64,000 nt of DNA from Octopus vulgaris (Eukaryota). The notes under the pieces were generated by a model that was not told the origin of the DNA, made no database searches, and was given only the letters and a program-made list of their open reading frames with translations. Of this stretch, positions 26,129 through 38,105 are shown piece by piece. The position numbers were made by a program, and so were the translations under genes. The stretch is from assembly GCA_951406725.2 (NCBI GenBank), contig OX597815.1, forward strand, positions 77,748,001-77,812,000. The letters run 5' to 3'. How positions within the stretch are numbered: position 1 is the stretch's first letter; every line of letters starts with the position of its first letter.

Positions 26129-29100
26129 TTATGTTGTATCTTTCACTCGCAACTTTCGTGCTACATCCTTCCATCGTTCTTCATACACTCTCCTAGTCAG
26201 GCATATTCTCTCCAGCCCTATCTTCCTTTTCAGGTGAAAGATGAAATACTTCATCAAACCAGGGCTGGAGATGAACTTGCCTGACTGTACACCTTTCATT
26301 CTCGTCTTCCATATCACCTCTTTCGCAATTGCTACTACAACGAGAAAACGAAACTTACCTTCATTCACGAGGAAATCCGGTGGGTCAATTTTTGTAATCG
26401 ACTCAGTCGACAGCTGTACTCTTCGTGTACCTGACAACAGCTGTTCGGCATAAACCCACACCTCAGACACGTCCGGACAATGAACAATAGCGTGCGGGAC
26501 GGTTTCCCTATCCCGCCCGCATCTTGGACATATCGGACTGTCTTGGCCACCGTGCCTTGCGAGTTTATCCCGAACAGGTAGAGCTCCTCTGTAGCATTGC
26601 CATGCCAGAGACTTCTGGAAGTTGTCCAGTGTCCTCGGCTTGAACGTACGTCGGAACAGACTGGCCAGCTGATTATCATCAAGACCTAGGGTTTCCCCCA
26701 AGGTATCTTCACATTCCGCCTCTACCAACCCTCTATAGAAGAATGTGGTGGAACCCCCACCGCAGGCGTTGCCCGAGCGACGGAATAGCAGGAGAGCCTT
26801 GCGACACTCCGTGTACCAAGTACCAAGTTTCGATCTACGATTCAGCCAGGTTTCCCATCCACCGAAACTAGTGAACTTGGGAAACATCAGTTTTGCTAGC
26901 GAAGACCACACCCGTTCACCATCCAGGTAGAGCCACAGATGTCTTAACCTCAGCGCATGTCTGCACATCATCAGCCAAGGCATCCCTAGCCCACCCTTTA
27001 ACGGTTGTTGACAGCAAGTAGAGCGTTTCACAAGTGGTTTCCCGCCCTTCCACAAGAAGTAGAAGAGATGTCTTTCCAACTTGATCAACCACGAATCAGG
27101 GCAAGGAACGACGGAAAGGCGGTAGGTGATAACCGATGCGATAAACACATTGGCCACCTCCGCCCTCCCTTTCAGGGATAGCCACCGCCAAGACCAGGTC
27201 TTGGCTACTGCAGCCACCTTGCTCGTTACCTCGCCCCAATTCTTCTCTATTTGGAGGTCTGGACCGAACCAGACCCCTAGCAGTTTAATCGGACCCTCCG
27301 TCCAACGTCCCACGACGCTGTCAGGAGGCATCGACTTGCCTCTCCAGGTGCCGAGTTGCAAGCCGACTGACTTTTCGCGATTAACTTTTGCTCCTGTCAC
27401 CGTCTCGTAAACCTCTATGGCCTTGCCTACTTTACATAGGTGGTCCATTTCGGTTACGATGATGGTGATGTCATCCGCGTACGCTGACACTGATTTTCCA
27501 TTACCTGGCTGTCTCGGGATGCCGCTCAGTTTTCGCAGTAATGGCTCAAGAGCCATCACGTACAAAAGCGGGGAGAGCGGACACCCTTGACGAACCGAGC
27601 GTTTGATTTTGAACGGCTTCGACAAGAAGCCGTTCACCCGAACTACCGAGTCGATGTTATCATAAATTTGGATAATCCACCTGAGGAAGCCAAGGCTCAG
27701 CCCGAACTGTGCCAGGGCAGATACCAGGTAACGATGGTCGACCCTATCAAAAGCTTTAGATTGGTCTAAATGGACCAGTGCCCCACCCTTGCCAGAATCA
27801 CTATTAAACCCCTCTATAGTGTACCGCATTAGATGGAGATTATCCTGAATGGATCTGCCCGGAACGGCACATGTCTGTGCCTCTCCGATCAGACCATCCG
27901 CGACATGCGCCAATCTTTTCGATAACACTTTGGCCAAAATCTGCAACTCTGTGTTTAGCAGAGTGATGGGCCTGAAATTATCAATGCACTCCCCCTTGCT
28001 CGGGTCCTTTCTGACGAGAGTCACTACTCCCCGGCGCACAGATCTGGGTATAAGCCCGTTCTGCTGCCAGTTCGCATAGACCTCCGCCAGTAGGTGCCCG
28101 AACAAGTCTGGCATACTCTTATATAACTCATATGGTAGACCATCCAAACCCGGCGCCTTGCCCGCGCCGCAGTCCGCCATTGCCTCAACCACCTCCTCAG
28201 GCGTGATTGGCCCTTCACAGCCCTCCGCATCTCGCCCCGATAAGCGCGGCAGACCGTCGAGTAGGTCCGTAAAGGCCCTCCTCCTATCCAGTCCGCCGCA
28301 CTCACCGAAAAGCTGAGCGAAGTGCTCCTGAAAGGCCTCACACATCTCCTCGGGTTCGTTTATCAACTCACCTTGTTGGTTCGTCAAAGATCGAATCGTG
28401 GCATCGTTACCATGCTGAGCTTCCACCACTCGGGCCCATCTCACGGCGTTGATTCCTTCACATCCCATATGGCGGATTCTAGCCCTGACAATGCAGCCCA
28501 TGTGTTTGGCCTCGAGGTGCTGGTTTAACACCAGTCTCTTGGACGCCACCTGAGCCGCAGAGCCAGTTTTCATGGCTTCCTCTAATTCCTTAACTAGAGT
28601 AGTTTCCCTTCTAGCCTCTCTAGCCACTACTCCTATGCTATATCTAATAGACTCAAACTTGATGGCTCGTTTGAGGGCGTACCACCATTTGTTATTAATG
28701 ATGGTACCAGATAGTGCCCTCTGAATTATATTCCTAATCCGGTCTTTGTACTCCTTAATCGCCAAAAGGGACGTATTAAGTTTCCAGTAACCGGATCCTC
28801 TATTTTTAACCTTATCTATGTCAAGCTTACAAGTGACCATTTTATGATCACTGTAGCTGATCGGGTAAAACTGTGGACACTTAGCTATTTTACTGTCTAC
28901 TTTTCTAATTAGTATTCTATCTAAATATGACCTGGAAGATCCGTCGCTGTTTGACCATGTCCACAATGGAGCGTTCGGAAATTCCAGCCTATAAGGATCT
29001 GCTAGCTCAAAGCGGCTTAGCAGTTCCATGAAGCCACTGTTGCCTTTTCTATCTGGACGCGAGCCAACACAATCTACATCCGCTTTGCAAATTCTGTTAA

Positions 29101-29524
29101 AGTCTCCTAGCACCACTAATGAATGCGAAGTACCAAGAAAGTTTTCTAGTTCACGAAAGTAATCACTTTGCCCTGTATGGTTGGGTGCGTAAATTGCAAC
29201 CAGTCTGATAACTTTACCATTACTGAACGTCAAATCCATGACGACCAGCCTACCTTCTGGATCTGCAAAAATTAACTTTTTCTCAGAAACCCGGTTTCTT
29301 TTTAATAGGACCAACACCCCACTCCCGCCTGTAGGACTGCCAGGAGAGAAAAAACTCTCGTAGCCGTCAAACAGCGGGAGTAGACCTCTTGGCCCCTCTA
29401 ACCGGGTTTCTGTAGCAACAATAACATCTAAATTACGCGACCTGATATCATGCAGGAAGCGACCTTGTTTCCAGCCTGCTCCCAGGCCGCACACATTCAA
29501 ACAACCAACATAAATGTAATCCAT
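26129..29524 (-). CDS. ORF2 of A: APE endonuclease, reverse transcriptase, C-terminal zinc ribbon (1131 aa, intact)
   Basis: APE motifs LNVCGL, ATET, GDFN, YLDRI, SDH; YWKLN; KAPGLDGLP; RT motifs FRPITLLN, DQSKAFDRV, RQGCPLSP, YADD, GGLG; CPRC...H...HC. Confidence 0.96.
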   Translation of the reverse strand: MDYIYVGCLNVCGLGAGWKQGRFLHDIRSRNLDVIVATETRLEGPRGLLPLFDGYESFFSPGSPTGGSGVLVLLKRNRVSEKKLIFADPEGRLVVMDLTFSNGKVIRLVAIYAPNHTGQSDYFRELENFLGTSHSLVVLGDFNRICKADVDCVGSRPDRKGNSGFMELLSRFELADPYRLEFPNAPLWTWSNSDGSSRSYLDRILIRKVDSKIAKCPQFYPISYSDHKMVTCKLDIDKVKNRGSGYWKLNTSLLAIKEYKDRIRNIIQRALSGTIINNKWWYALKRAIKFESIRYSIGVVAREARRETTLVKELEEAMKTGSAAQVASKRLVLNQHLEAKHMGCIVRARIRHMGCEGINAVRWARVVEAQHGNDATIRSLTNQQGELINEPEEMCEAFQEHFAQLFGECGGLDRRRAFTDLLDGLPRLSGRDAEGCEGPITPEEVVEAMADCGAGKAPGLDGLPYELYKSMPDLFGHLLAEVYANWQQNGLIPRSVRRGVVTLVRKDPSKGECIDNFRPITLLNTELQILAKVLSKRLAHVADGLIGEAQTCAVPGRSIQDNLHLMRYTIEGFNSDSGKGGALVHLDQSKAFDRVDHRYLVSALAQFGLSLGFLRWIIQIYDNIDSVVRVNGFLSKPFKIKRSVRQGCPLSPLLYVMALEPLLRKLSGIPRQPGNGKSVSAYADDITIIVTEMDHLCKVGKAIEVYETVTGAKVNREKSVGLQLGTWRGKSMPPDSVVGRWTEGPIKLLGVWFGPDLQIEKNWGEVTSKVAAVAKTWSWRWLSLKGRAEVANVFIASVITYRLSVVPCPDSWLIKLERHLFYFLWKGGKPLVKRSTCCQQPLKGGLGMPWLMMCRHALRLRHLWLYLDGERVWSSLAKLMFPKFTSFGGWETWLNRRSKLGTWYTECRKALLLFRRSGNACGGGSTTFFYRGLVEAECEDTLGETLGLDDNQLASLFRRTFKPRTLDNFQKSLAWQCYRGALPVRDKLARHGGQDSPICPRCGRDRETVPHAIVHCPDVSEVWVYAEQLLSGTRRVQLSTESITKIDPPDFLVNEGKFRFLVVVAIAKEVIWKTRMKGVQSGKFISSPGLMKYFIFHLKRKIGLERICLTRRVYEERWKDVARKLRVKDTT

Positions 29525-29532
29525 TACTTACC

Positions 29533-30908
29533 TTATATCAGTGGTTCGGTTTTCTCTTGTTCTTCTAACTCTTTTTCTGGGCCTCGTGGGGGAGTCTGAC
29601 GTAGGCCCTCGAATATATGTGGAGATGTCACATCCAATCTAAGTGGGCCTACGTCATGGAAGAATTCTGACTTTATCCGCCCGTAATCCTTCCGGCCTAT
29701 TCTGTAAATTACAAAGTCGTTTTTTTCACTACTTTCTCCACTTTGGCCATGGCTGCCAACTCGTTTCCGAGTCTGCTATTTGCTGCCTTTACGGCCATAT
29801 ACGAGTTCATTGACTCTTTTTTCTTTTTTAAAATTACTCTGGGAGGGGTGGTTTCCGTTTTTCTTTTTTTTTTTTCCGGTAATTTTTGCCCACCCCTCCT
29901 CATTTATCTTTTCCTCGCTCTTTTTTTCCTCCGCCGCTGGTTCTGCTGTCACCGTCACCTCCACACCTTCAGTCTTCCCTTCTGGGCCGTCCGACGCTGC
30001 TTCTGGTGACACATTATCTCTTCTTTTTCTTTTGGCTTAGGTGCTTCCTGCGGTTTGGGTTGGGGTTGGCATTCCGCCCTTACATGACCCTTCTTGCCGC
30101 AGCCGAAGCACCTCGGCTTCCTGCCCTCCACGAAAACTGTTATTTTCTCGTCTTCACTAATCTTTACCGTTTCTGGAATTTCTTCCAGTGTTTGCACCTC
30201 CGCCTGAATGGCTATCACTATTTTCTGCCCTTTCCAAAACTCCTCTTCCTCCACTGTGGCCTGGAGGATGTTTATTTTTTCCTCCAGACCTACCATCACT
30301 GCTGCCACCAGACATTCAGCATCTGCCTCTGGCGGTATGTTGTTCATTGAAATTTTCGACGTCCTTTTTCTTTTATACAATGGTAGTAAGACAATGTTTT
30401 CCGCTTTGATCGGCTCCATTGATAGTTTCTTCGCTATCTCCTCCGTAGTAAAACGCACCTCCACTGTGCCGTATCTTTTTCCTCTGTTTATATACGTTAT
30501 TTTATCCATAAAAGGTTTTAGACAAAACTCTATTTTTTTTTCTTCGATTTTTTGATCATTTTGTCGTTGTGTCGTAAGTTTTATATATTATTCTTTTTTT
30601 TCTATATCGTCATGTTTTTGTATGTTTGTGGCCACAGTCACTTCTGTGCCTTCTTTTTTACACAGTCTGCAAATTTTCCAAAATTTTCTATATTTATTTT
30701 TTTGATCTTTTTCCCAGCCACTTCAGCGAATTTTTTTGCTGGAGTTGATGCTGGTACTGGTTTTTCCATTTTCTTGGGCGACGCCGCCTCTTTTTTCTTC
30801 GGCGACAACGCCTCTTTTTCTTGGCGACAACGCCTCTTTTTTTCTTGGCGACAACGCCGGGTATTCATCCTCGCTCGTCACGGGCGAATAAGAGATGGGG
30901 GACTCCAT
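29533..30908 (-). pseudogene. ORF1 of A (RRM-like region plus CCHC knuckle), broken by several 1-bp frameshifts, possibly assembly errors
   Basis: MESPISYSP start; RGKRYGTVEVRF; CFGCGKKGHVRAEC; ends KTEPLI*; colinear with B ORF1. Confidence 0.88.
30770..30858 (-). repeat. ~24-bp coding tandem repeat (about 4 units, SP[KR]KKEA[LA])
   Basis: Repeated ttttcttggcgacaacgcctc; two units at the equivalent site in B (~36003-36048). Confidence 0.85.
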
Positions 30909-31398
30909 CTTGAACAAATGGCTTTAACAAGCCTTTGGTAAATCCAAATTAATTGTAGTTTTCCCCCACGGAGGGGGGAACACCAACGCGAAGTCTTCGC
31001 GCGAAGGCTGACTTCGTCAGTTAGACAACAATAGACAAAACAGGTAGACCAACAGTATATAATAACAGAGATAATAGTACGAGAGCAAAAATATATCAAC
31101 TTACTAATAAACGCAAAAAATTGATTTCCTCCAGGTTGTTTTATTACTACCCACAAGGGGCGAACATAGAGGGGACAAAACAATCTGATTTGGGGTCAGA
31201 CATACGGATGGTTTTTACACAAAATCGGATTTAAAAATATCATGAAATTACAAAAATACACACAAAATCGAATGATGGAATAGACCGGAAGACATTACAG
31301 ATGGAGTGGGTGCGGGTTCAGCTCGGACCCCACGAGCCCCGCCTCCCCACTGATACTTTTGGTTGCACTTGGTATTACATTTATGTTGTGACTTTCAT

Positions 31399-34300
31399 TC
31401 ACAACTTTCGTGCTACATCCTTCCATCGTTCTTCATACACTCTCCTAGTCAGGCATATTCTCTCCAGCCCTATCTTCCTTTTCAGGTGAAAGATGAAGTA
31501 ATTCATCAAACCAGGGCCGGAGATGAACTTGCCTGACTGTAAACCTTTCATTCTCGTCTTCCATATCACTTCTTTCGCAATTGCTACTACAACGAGAAAA
31601 CGAAACTTACCTTCATTCACGAGGAAATCCGGTGGGTCAATTTTTGTAATCGACTCAGTCGACAGCTGTACTCTTCGTGTACCTGACAACAGGCTGTTCG
31701 GCATAAACCCACACCTCAGACACGTCCGGACAATGAACAATAGCGTGCGGGACGGTTTCCCTATCCCGCCCGCATCTTGGACATATCGGACTGTCTTGGC
31801 CACCGTGCCTTGCGAGTTTATCCCGAACAGGTAGAGCTCCTCTGTAGCATTGCCATGCCAGAGACTTCTGGAAGTTGTCCAGTGTCCTCGGCTTGAACGT
31901 ACGTCAGAACAGACTGGCCAGCTGATTATCGTCGAGACCCAGGGTTTCCCCCAAGGTATCTTCACATTCCGCCTCTACCAACCCTCTATAGAAGAATGTG
32001 GTGGAACCCCCACCGCAGGCGTTGCCCGAGCGACGGAATAGCAGGAGAGCCTTGCGACACTCCGTGTACCAAGTACCAAGTTTCGATCTACGATTCAGCC
32101 AGGTTTCCCATCCACCGAAACTAGTGAACTTGGAAAACATCAGTTTTGCTAGCGAAGACCACACCCGTTCACCATCCAGGTAGAGCCACAGATGTCTTAA
32201 CCTCAGCGCATGTCTGCGCATCATCAGCCAAGGCATCCCTAGCCCACCCTTTAACGGTTGTTGACAGCAAGTAGAGCGTTTCACAAGTGGTTTCCCGCCC
32301 TTCCACAAGAAGTAGAAGAGATGTCTTTCCAACTTGATCAACCACGAATCAGGGCAAGGAACGACAGAAAGGCGGTAGGTGATAACCGATGCGATAAACA
32401 CATTGGCCACCTCCGCCCTCCCTTTCAGGGATAGCCACCGCCAAGACCAGGTCTTGGCTACTGCAGCCACCTTGCTCGTTACCTCGCCCCAATTCTTCTC
32501 TATTTGGAGGTCTGGACCGAACCAGACCCCTAGCAGTTTAATCGGACCCTCCGTCCAACGTCCCACGACGCTGTCAGGAGGCATCGACTTGCCTCTCCAG
32601 GTGCCGAGTTGCAAGCCGACTGACTTTTCGCGATTAACTTTTGCTCCTGTCACCGTCTCGTAAACCTCTATGGCCTTGCCTACTTTACATAGGTGGTCCA
32701 TTTCGGTTACGATGATGGTGATGTCATCCGCGTACGCTGACACTGATTTTCCGTTACCTGGCTGTCTCGGGATGCCGCTCAGTTTTCGCAGTAATGGCTC
32801 AAGAGCCATCACGTACAAAAGCGGGGAGAGCGGACACCCTTGACGAACCGAGCGTTTGATTTTGAACGGCTTCGACAAGAAGCCGTTCACCCGAACTACC
32901 GAGTCGATGTTATCATAAATTTGGATAATCCACCTGAGGAAGCCAAGGCTCAGCCCGAACTGTGCCAGGGCAGATACCAGGTAACGATGGTCGACCCTAT
33001 CAAAAGCTTTAGATTGGTCTAAATGGACCAGTGCCCCACCCTTGCCAGAATCACTATTAAACCCCTCTATAGTGTACCGCATTAGATGGAGATTATCCTG
33101 AATGGATCTGCCCGGAACGGCACATGTCTGTGCCTCTCCGATCAGACCATCCGCGACACGCGCCAATCTTTTCGATAACACTTTGGCCAAAATCTTCAAC
33201 TCTGTGTTTAGCAGAGTGATGGGCCTGAAATTATCAATGCACTCCCCCTTGCTCGGGTCCTTTCTGACGAGAGTCACTACTCCCCGGCGCACAGACCTGG
33301 GTATAAGCCTGTTCTGCTGCCAGTTCGCGTAGACCTCCGCCAGTAGGTGCCCGAACAAGTCTGGCATACTCTTATATAACTCATAGGGTAGACCATCCAA
33401 ACGCGGCGCCTTGCCCGCGCCGCAGTCCGCCATTGCCTCAACCACCTCCTCAGGCGTGATTGGCCCTTCACAGCCCCCCGCATCTCGCCCCGATAAGCGC
33501 GGCAGCCGTCGAGTAGGTCCGTAAAGGCCCTCCTCCTATCCAGTCCGCCGCACTCACCGAAAAGCTGAGCGAAGTGCTCCTGAAAGGCCTCACACATCTC
33601 CTCGGGTTCGTTTATCAACTCACCTTGTTGGTTCGTCAAGATCGAATCGTGGCATCGTTACCATGCTGAGCTTCCACCACTCGGGCCCATCTCACGGCGT
33701 TGATTCCTTCACATCCCATATGGCGGATTCTAGCCCTGACAATGCAGCCCATGTGTTTGGCCTCGAGGTGCTGGTTTAACACCAGTCTCTTGGACGCCAC
33801 CTGAGCCGCAGAGCCAGTTTTCATGGCTTCCTCTAATTCCTTAACTAGAGTAGTTTCCCTTCTAGCCTCTCTAGCCACTACTCCTATGCTATATCTAATA
33901 GACTCAAACTTGATGGCTCGTTTGAGGGCGTACCACCATTTGTTATTAATGATGGTACCAGATAGTGCCCTCTGAATTATATTCCTAATCCGGTCTTTGT
34001 ACTCCTTAATCGCCAAAAGGGACGTATTAAGTTTCCAGTAACCGGATCCTCTATTTTTAACCTTATCTATGTCAAGCTTACAAGTGACCATTTTATGATC
34101 ACTGTAGCTGATCGGGTAAAACTGTGGACACTTAGCTATTTTACTGTCTACTTTTCTAATTAGTATTCTATCTAAATATGACCTGGAAGATCCGTCGCTG
34201 TTTGACCATGTCCACAATGGAGCGTTCGGAAATTCCAGCCTATAAGGATCTGCTAGCTCAAAGCGGCTTAGCAGTTCCATGAAGCCACTGTTGCCTTTTC

Positions 34301-34775
34301 TATCTGGACGCGAGCCAACACAATCTACATCCGCTTTGCAAATTCTGTTAAAGTCTCCTAGCACCACTAATGAATGCGAAGTACCAAGAAAGTTTTCTAG
34401 TTCACGAAAATAATCACTTTGCCCTGTATTGTTGGGTGCGTAAATTGCAACCAGTCTGATAACTTTACCATTACTGAACGTCAAATCCATGACGACCAGC
34501 CTACCTTCTGGATCTGCAAAAATTAACTTTTTCTCAGAAACCCGGTTTCTTTTTAATAGGACCAACACCCCACTCCCGCCTGTAGGACTGCCAGGAGAGA
34601 AAAAACTCTCGTAGCCGTCAAACAGCGGGAGTAGACCTCTTGGCCCCTCTAACCGGGTTTCTGTAGCAACAATAACATCTAAATTACGCGACCTGATATC
34701 ATGCAGGAAGCGACCTTGCTTCCAGCCTGCTCCCAGGCCGCGCACATTCAAACAACCAACATAAATGTAATCCAT
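31399..34775 (-). pseudogene. ORF2 of B (APE-RT), nearly identical to A ORF2 with a few single-base indels
   Basis: Track pieces 33636-34775, 33277-33639, 31904-33445, 31399-31965 reassemble to the A ORF2; indels near 33640, 33505, 31905, 31692. Confidence 0.92.
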
Positions 34776-34784
34776 TACTTACCT

Positions 34785-36098
34785 TTATATCAGTGGTTCG
34801 GTTTTTTCTTCTTCTTCCTTCTCTTTTTCTGGGCCTCGTGGGGGAGTCTGACGCAGGCCCTCGAATATATATGGAGATGTTATATCCATTCTGAGCGGGC
34901 CTACGTCATGGAAAAATTCGGACTTTATCCGTCCGTAATCCTTCCGGCCTATTCTGTACAATACATAGTCGTTTTTCCTCCCTATTTTTTCTACTTTGGC
35001 CATCGCTGCCAACACATTTCCGAGTCTATTGTTCGTGGCCTTAACGGCCATAAATGAGTTCAATGACTCCCTTTTTTTTTTGGTTTACTTTGGGAGGGGT
35101 GGTTTCAGTTTTTCTTTTTTTCCTAGTGATTTTTGACCACCCCTCCTCCTTTTTCGTTTCCTCGCTCTTTTTTTCCTCCTCCGTTGGTTCCGCTGCCTCT
35201 GTTACCTCCACACCTTCAGTCGTCCCTCCTGGGCCGACCAGCGCTGTTTCTGATGACGCGGCTTCTGCTTTTCCACTTGGCTGAGCTGCTTCCTGCGGTT
35301 TGGGTTGGGGCTGGCATTCTGCCCTTACATGCCCTTTCTTACCGCAGCCGAAGCACCTCGGCTTTCTGCCCTCTACGAAGACTGTGACTCTTTCATCTTC
35401 GCTTATCTTTAGAGTCTCTGGGATCTCTTCCAGGGTTTGTACTTCTGCTTGTATGGCTATTATTATCTTTTGCCCTTTCCAGAATTCTTCTTCTTCTACG
35501 GTGGCCTGGAGGATGTTTATTTTTTCCTCCAGGCCTACCATAACTGCTGCCACCAGACTTCGGCATCCGCTTCTGGCGGAATGTTATTCATTGTGATCTT
35601 GGAAGTTCTCTTGCCTTTATACAGGGGTAGGAGAACAATATCCTCCGCTTTTATGGGTTCCATGGATAGCTTCTTCGCTACCTCCTCTGACGTGAATCTC
35701 ACCTCCACTGTGCCGTATTTCTTCCCTCGATTGATATATGTGATTTTATCCATTATCGGCTTTAAGCAGTTTTCGATTTTTTTCTCCTCTATTTTTTGTA
35801 TTGCTCTGCTTGTTATACTGAATGTCTTATAGATTATTCTCCTATTTGAAATTTCCTCCTGTTTTTGGGCGTTTGAAGCCACGGTTACTTCCGTGCCCTC
35901 TTTTGACACACAGTCCGCATGTTTTCCCAGGTTTTCCACATTAATTTTTTTAATTTTCTTCCCAGCTACTTCCGAAAATTTTCTCGCTGGTGCTGGAATA
36001 TCTTTTTTCTTTGGCGACCCCGCCTCTTTTTTCTTTGGCGACACCGCCGGTGATCCTGCATCACTTGTCACAGGAGAATACAAGATGGGGGATTCCAT
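34785..36098 (-). pseudogene. ORF1 of B (CCHC knuckle), two frameshifts
   Basis: Track pieces 35535-36098, 35041-35553, 34785-35063; CFGCGKKGHVRAEC. Confidence 0.9.
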
Positions 36099-36320
36099 CT
36101 CCGATAACTGGCTTTAACAAGCCCTTGGCACAACCAAGATAATGATAGTTTTTTCCCCCACGGAGGGGGGAAACACCAACACGAAGCCCTCGCACGAAGG
36201 CCGACTTCAATAGTTTTACAACAACACAGAAAGACAGCTAGACACACAGTAGATCACAATGGAGAAAATATACACAATATAATAACTTACTATACACGCA
36301 AAAATTGATTTCAGACAGGT

Positions 36321-38093
36321 GATTTTATTACTACCCACAAGGGGCGAACATAGAGGGGACAATACAATCGGGGAACTTAAAATAAGAAAGCGAATGACAA
36401 GAAAAGGAAAAAATAAAAGTAAAAAATGACATATGAAAGAATATTTACAATGAGATGTAAATGCCCACTCGATCCCCGGAATCGAGAGGTTACATTTTCG
36501 TCACATATATTTCACAAATTTTCTTTTTTCTCTTCTTTCTTCTCTCTCTTCTCACAATTCTATACATATTCCATAATAGCTTTCAATTCTCTAAAGTCTA
36601 TCACTGAGCCCTCAGGCAGCCGCTCTCTCACTCGAACACTCGTGTAAAATATTACACTCTCTCCGGCAGCTCTGAGGAACTCAGCGACTCTTTCTTCGGG
36701 GATTAGAGCAGTCTCCTGCCACTGATCGGTCATCCTGTTGACCCATATATGTCCCTCCGTATTACATGTCAAGTCTTTCATTACAGGGCAGAAATGGAAG
36801 GTTACTAACTTGTAGAAGCAGTAATCTTGTTTCCGTCCGACGTTTTCCTTCATTTTTCTTTTCGGGCTTATTTCTTCCTTGTTCTCCTCTCTTTGTTTCT
36901 CTCTTTCTCTCTTTTTGCCTTCTTTTCTTTCTCCTTCCTTCTCTTGTCTTTTTGGTTCTTTGTCTGTTCTCTCTTTCTCTCGTGTTTTATGTTCCTTTTC
37001 TTTTTCCTTTTGTGTGCCGTCTTTTCTTTTCGTTTGATTCTGATCTCTCTCTTGTTTTTTTCCTGTTGTTTCTTTTTCCTTTTTTTTTTCCTGACTCTGT
37101 TTTGGTTCTATTTCTTTCTTTTCTTTTATTTCTTTTTCCTTCATTGACTTATTATTTCCTTTCTCTTGTTGTTTTGTTTCCTTTTCTATGTTTTCTTTTT
37201 CATTTACCGTATTCTTCTTTTCTTCAAGTTCCTGCTCGCACTCCGCTACGAATTCGTATAACGGGCACTCTTTTTTAATGTGCCCCCTTGTCCCGCACAG
37301 GTAACAGTTTGGTTTTCTTCCCTCTACAATTACACTGAGGGTTTTTTCGTCTTCAATTTCTATTCTGTAGGGGAACCTTTCAATGTCCTCTTTTGTGGCC
37401 ATCAAACACAGTTCTACCCCATATCCTCTCCAGTTTACCGCGTTGGACTCCTTAAAGGATTCCACCTCCACTTCCTCTTCTGCTGCTCCTAGAATAGCTG
37501 TTGCCAGCCATTCTGTTTTCACTTCTGGGGGTATATTCGGGATTTTAACCCGGACCCCTCTTCTTCCCTTGTATGAGGGCCACATTGTAAATTTTTCCGC
37601 TCTTAGTACGGTGGTAGCCAGTGAGGCTGCAATTTCTTCCGTTGCACATCTCACCTCCACCGTACCAAATTTCTTGCCTCTACTCACGTAGGTTGATTTC
37701 CCCATTATGTCTCCCAGACATTTTTCAATTTCGGCTATCTCCACTCTTGCCAGTTTCTTCGTATTTTTGTCTTGGGTTCTATATGTCACTGTCTTGCTTT
37801 CTTTGTCCTCTTTTGCTTTCGCGGGGGGGGGGGGATTAGCTTCACGCTATCACCCTCCCTTTTGAAAAGCTTTTCATATTCTTTGAGTTTATCCTTCTCA
37901 AAGAAAACATCCTTCACGATTATCGACGAATCATTATTTTTTCCCGTGACCCCCGCGTAAGTCGCCATGACTAGAGGGTCAATTCACCTTCTTCGGAAGG
38001 TTTCTACACGTGGAGGCAAACGCCTCGCGCGATATTAATCAATTTACACGGAAACAATTTCAACGTCTAGTCACAGATAACAACACGCATAGA
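36321..38093 (-). mobile_element. Element C: ORF1-only non-autonomous retrotransposon (half-Tx1, HAL1/HeT-A-like architecture), ~1.77 kb
   Basis: Own 5' UTR, single ORF1, ~240-nt 3' UTR, no APE/RT; last ~45 nt match A/B; 12-bp TSD tttcagacaggt (36309-36320, 38094-38105). Confidence 0.9.
36560..37968 (-). CDS. ORF1-like protein of C: RRM-like region, CCHC knuckle, K/E-rich linker, distinct C-terminal domain (409 codons open; N-terminal ~47 codons out of frame at a C-run)
   Basis: YVSRGKKFGTVEVRC, NIPPEV, VIVEGRKPNCYLCGTRGHIKKEC are homologous to A/B ORF1; ATG at 37968. Confidence 0.88.
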
Positions 38094-38105
38094 TTTCAGA
38101 CAGGT

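Larger units (their letters stand above)
25883..31124 (-). mobile_element. Element A: full-length Tx1/L1-clade non-LTR retrotransposon (~5.2 kb)
   Basis: 5' UTR, ORF1, intact ORF2, 3' UTR ending AATAAAACA with no poly(A); 12-bp TSD. Confidence 0.95.
31137..36308 (-). mobile_element. Element B: full-length Tx1/L1-clade non-LTR retrotransposon (~5.2 kb)
   Basis: Same architecture as A; flanked by tttcctccaggt (31125-31136) and tttcagacaggt (36309-36320). Confidence 0.95.
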
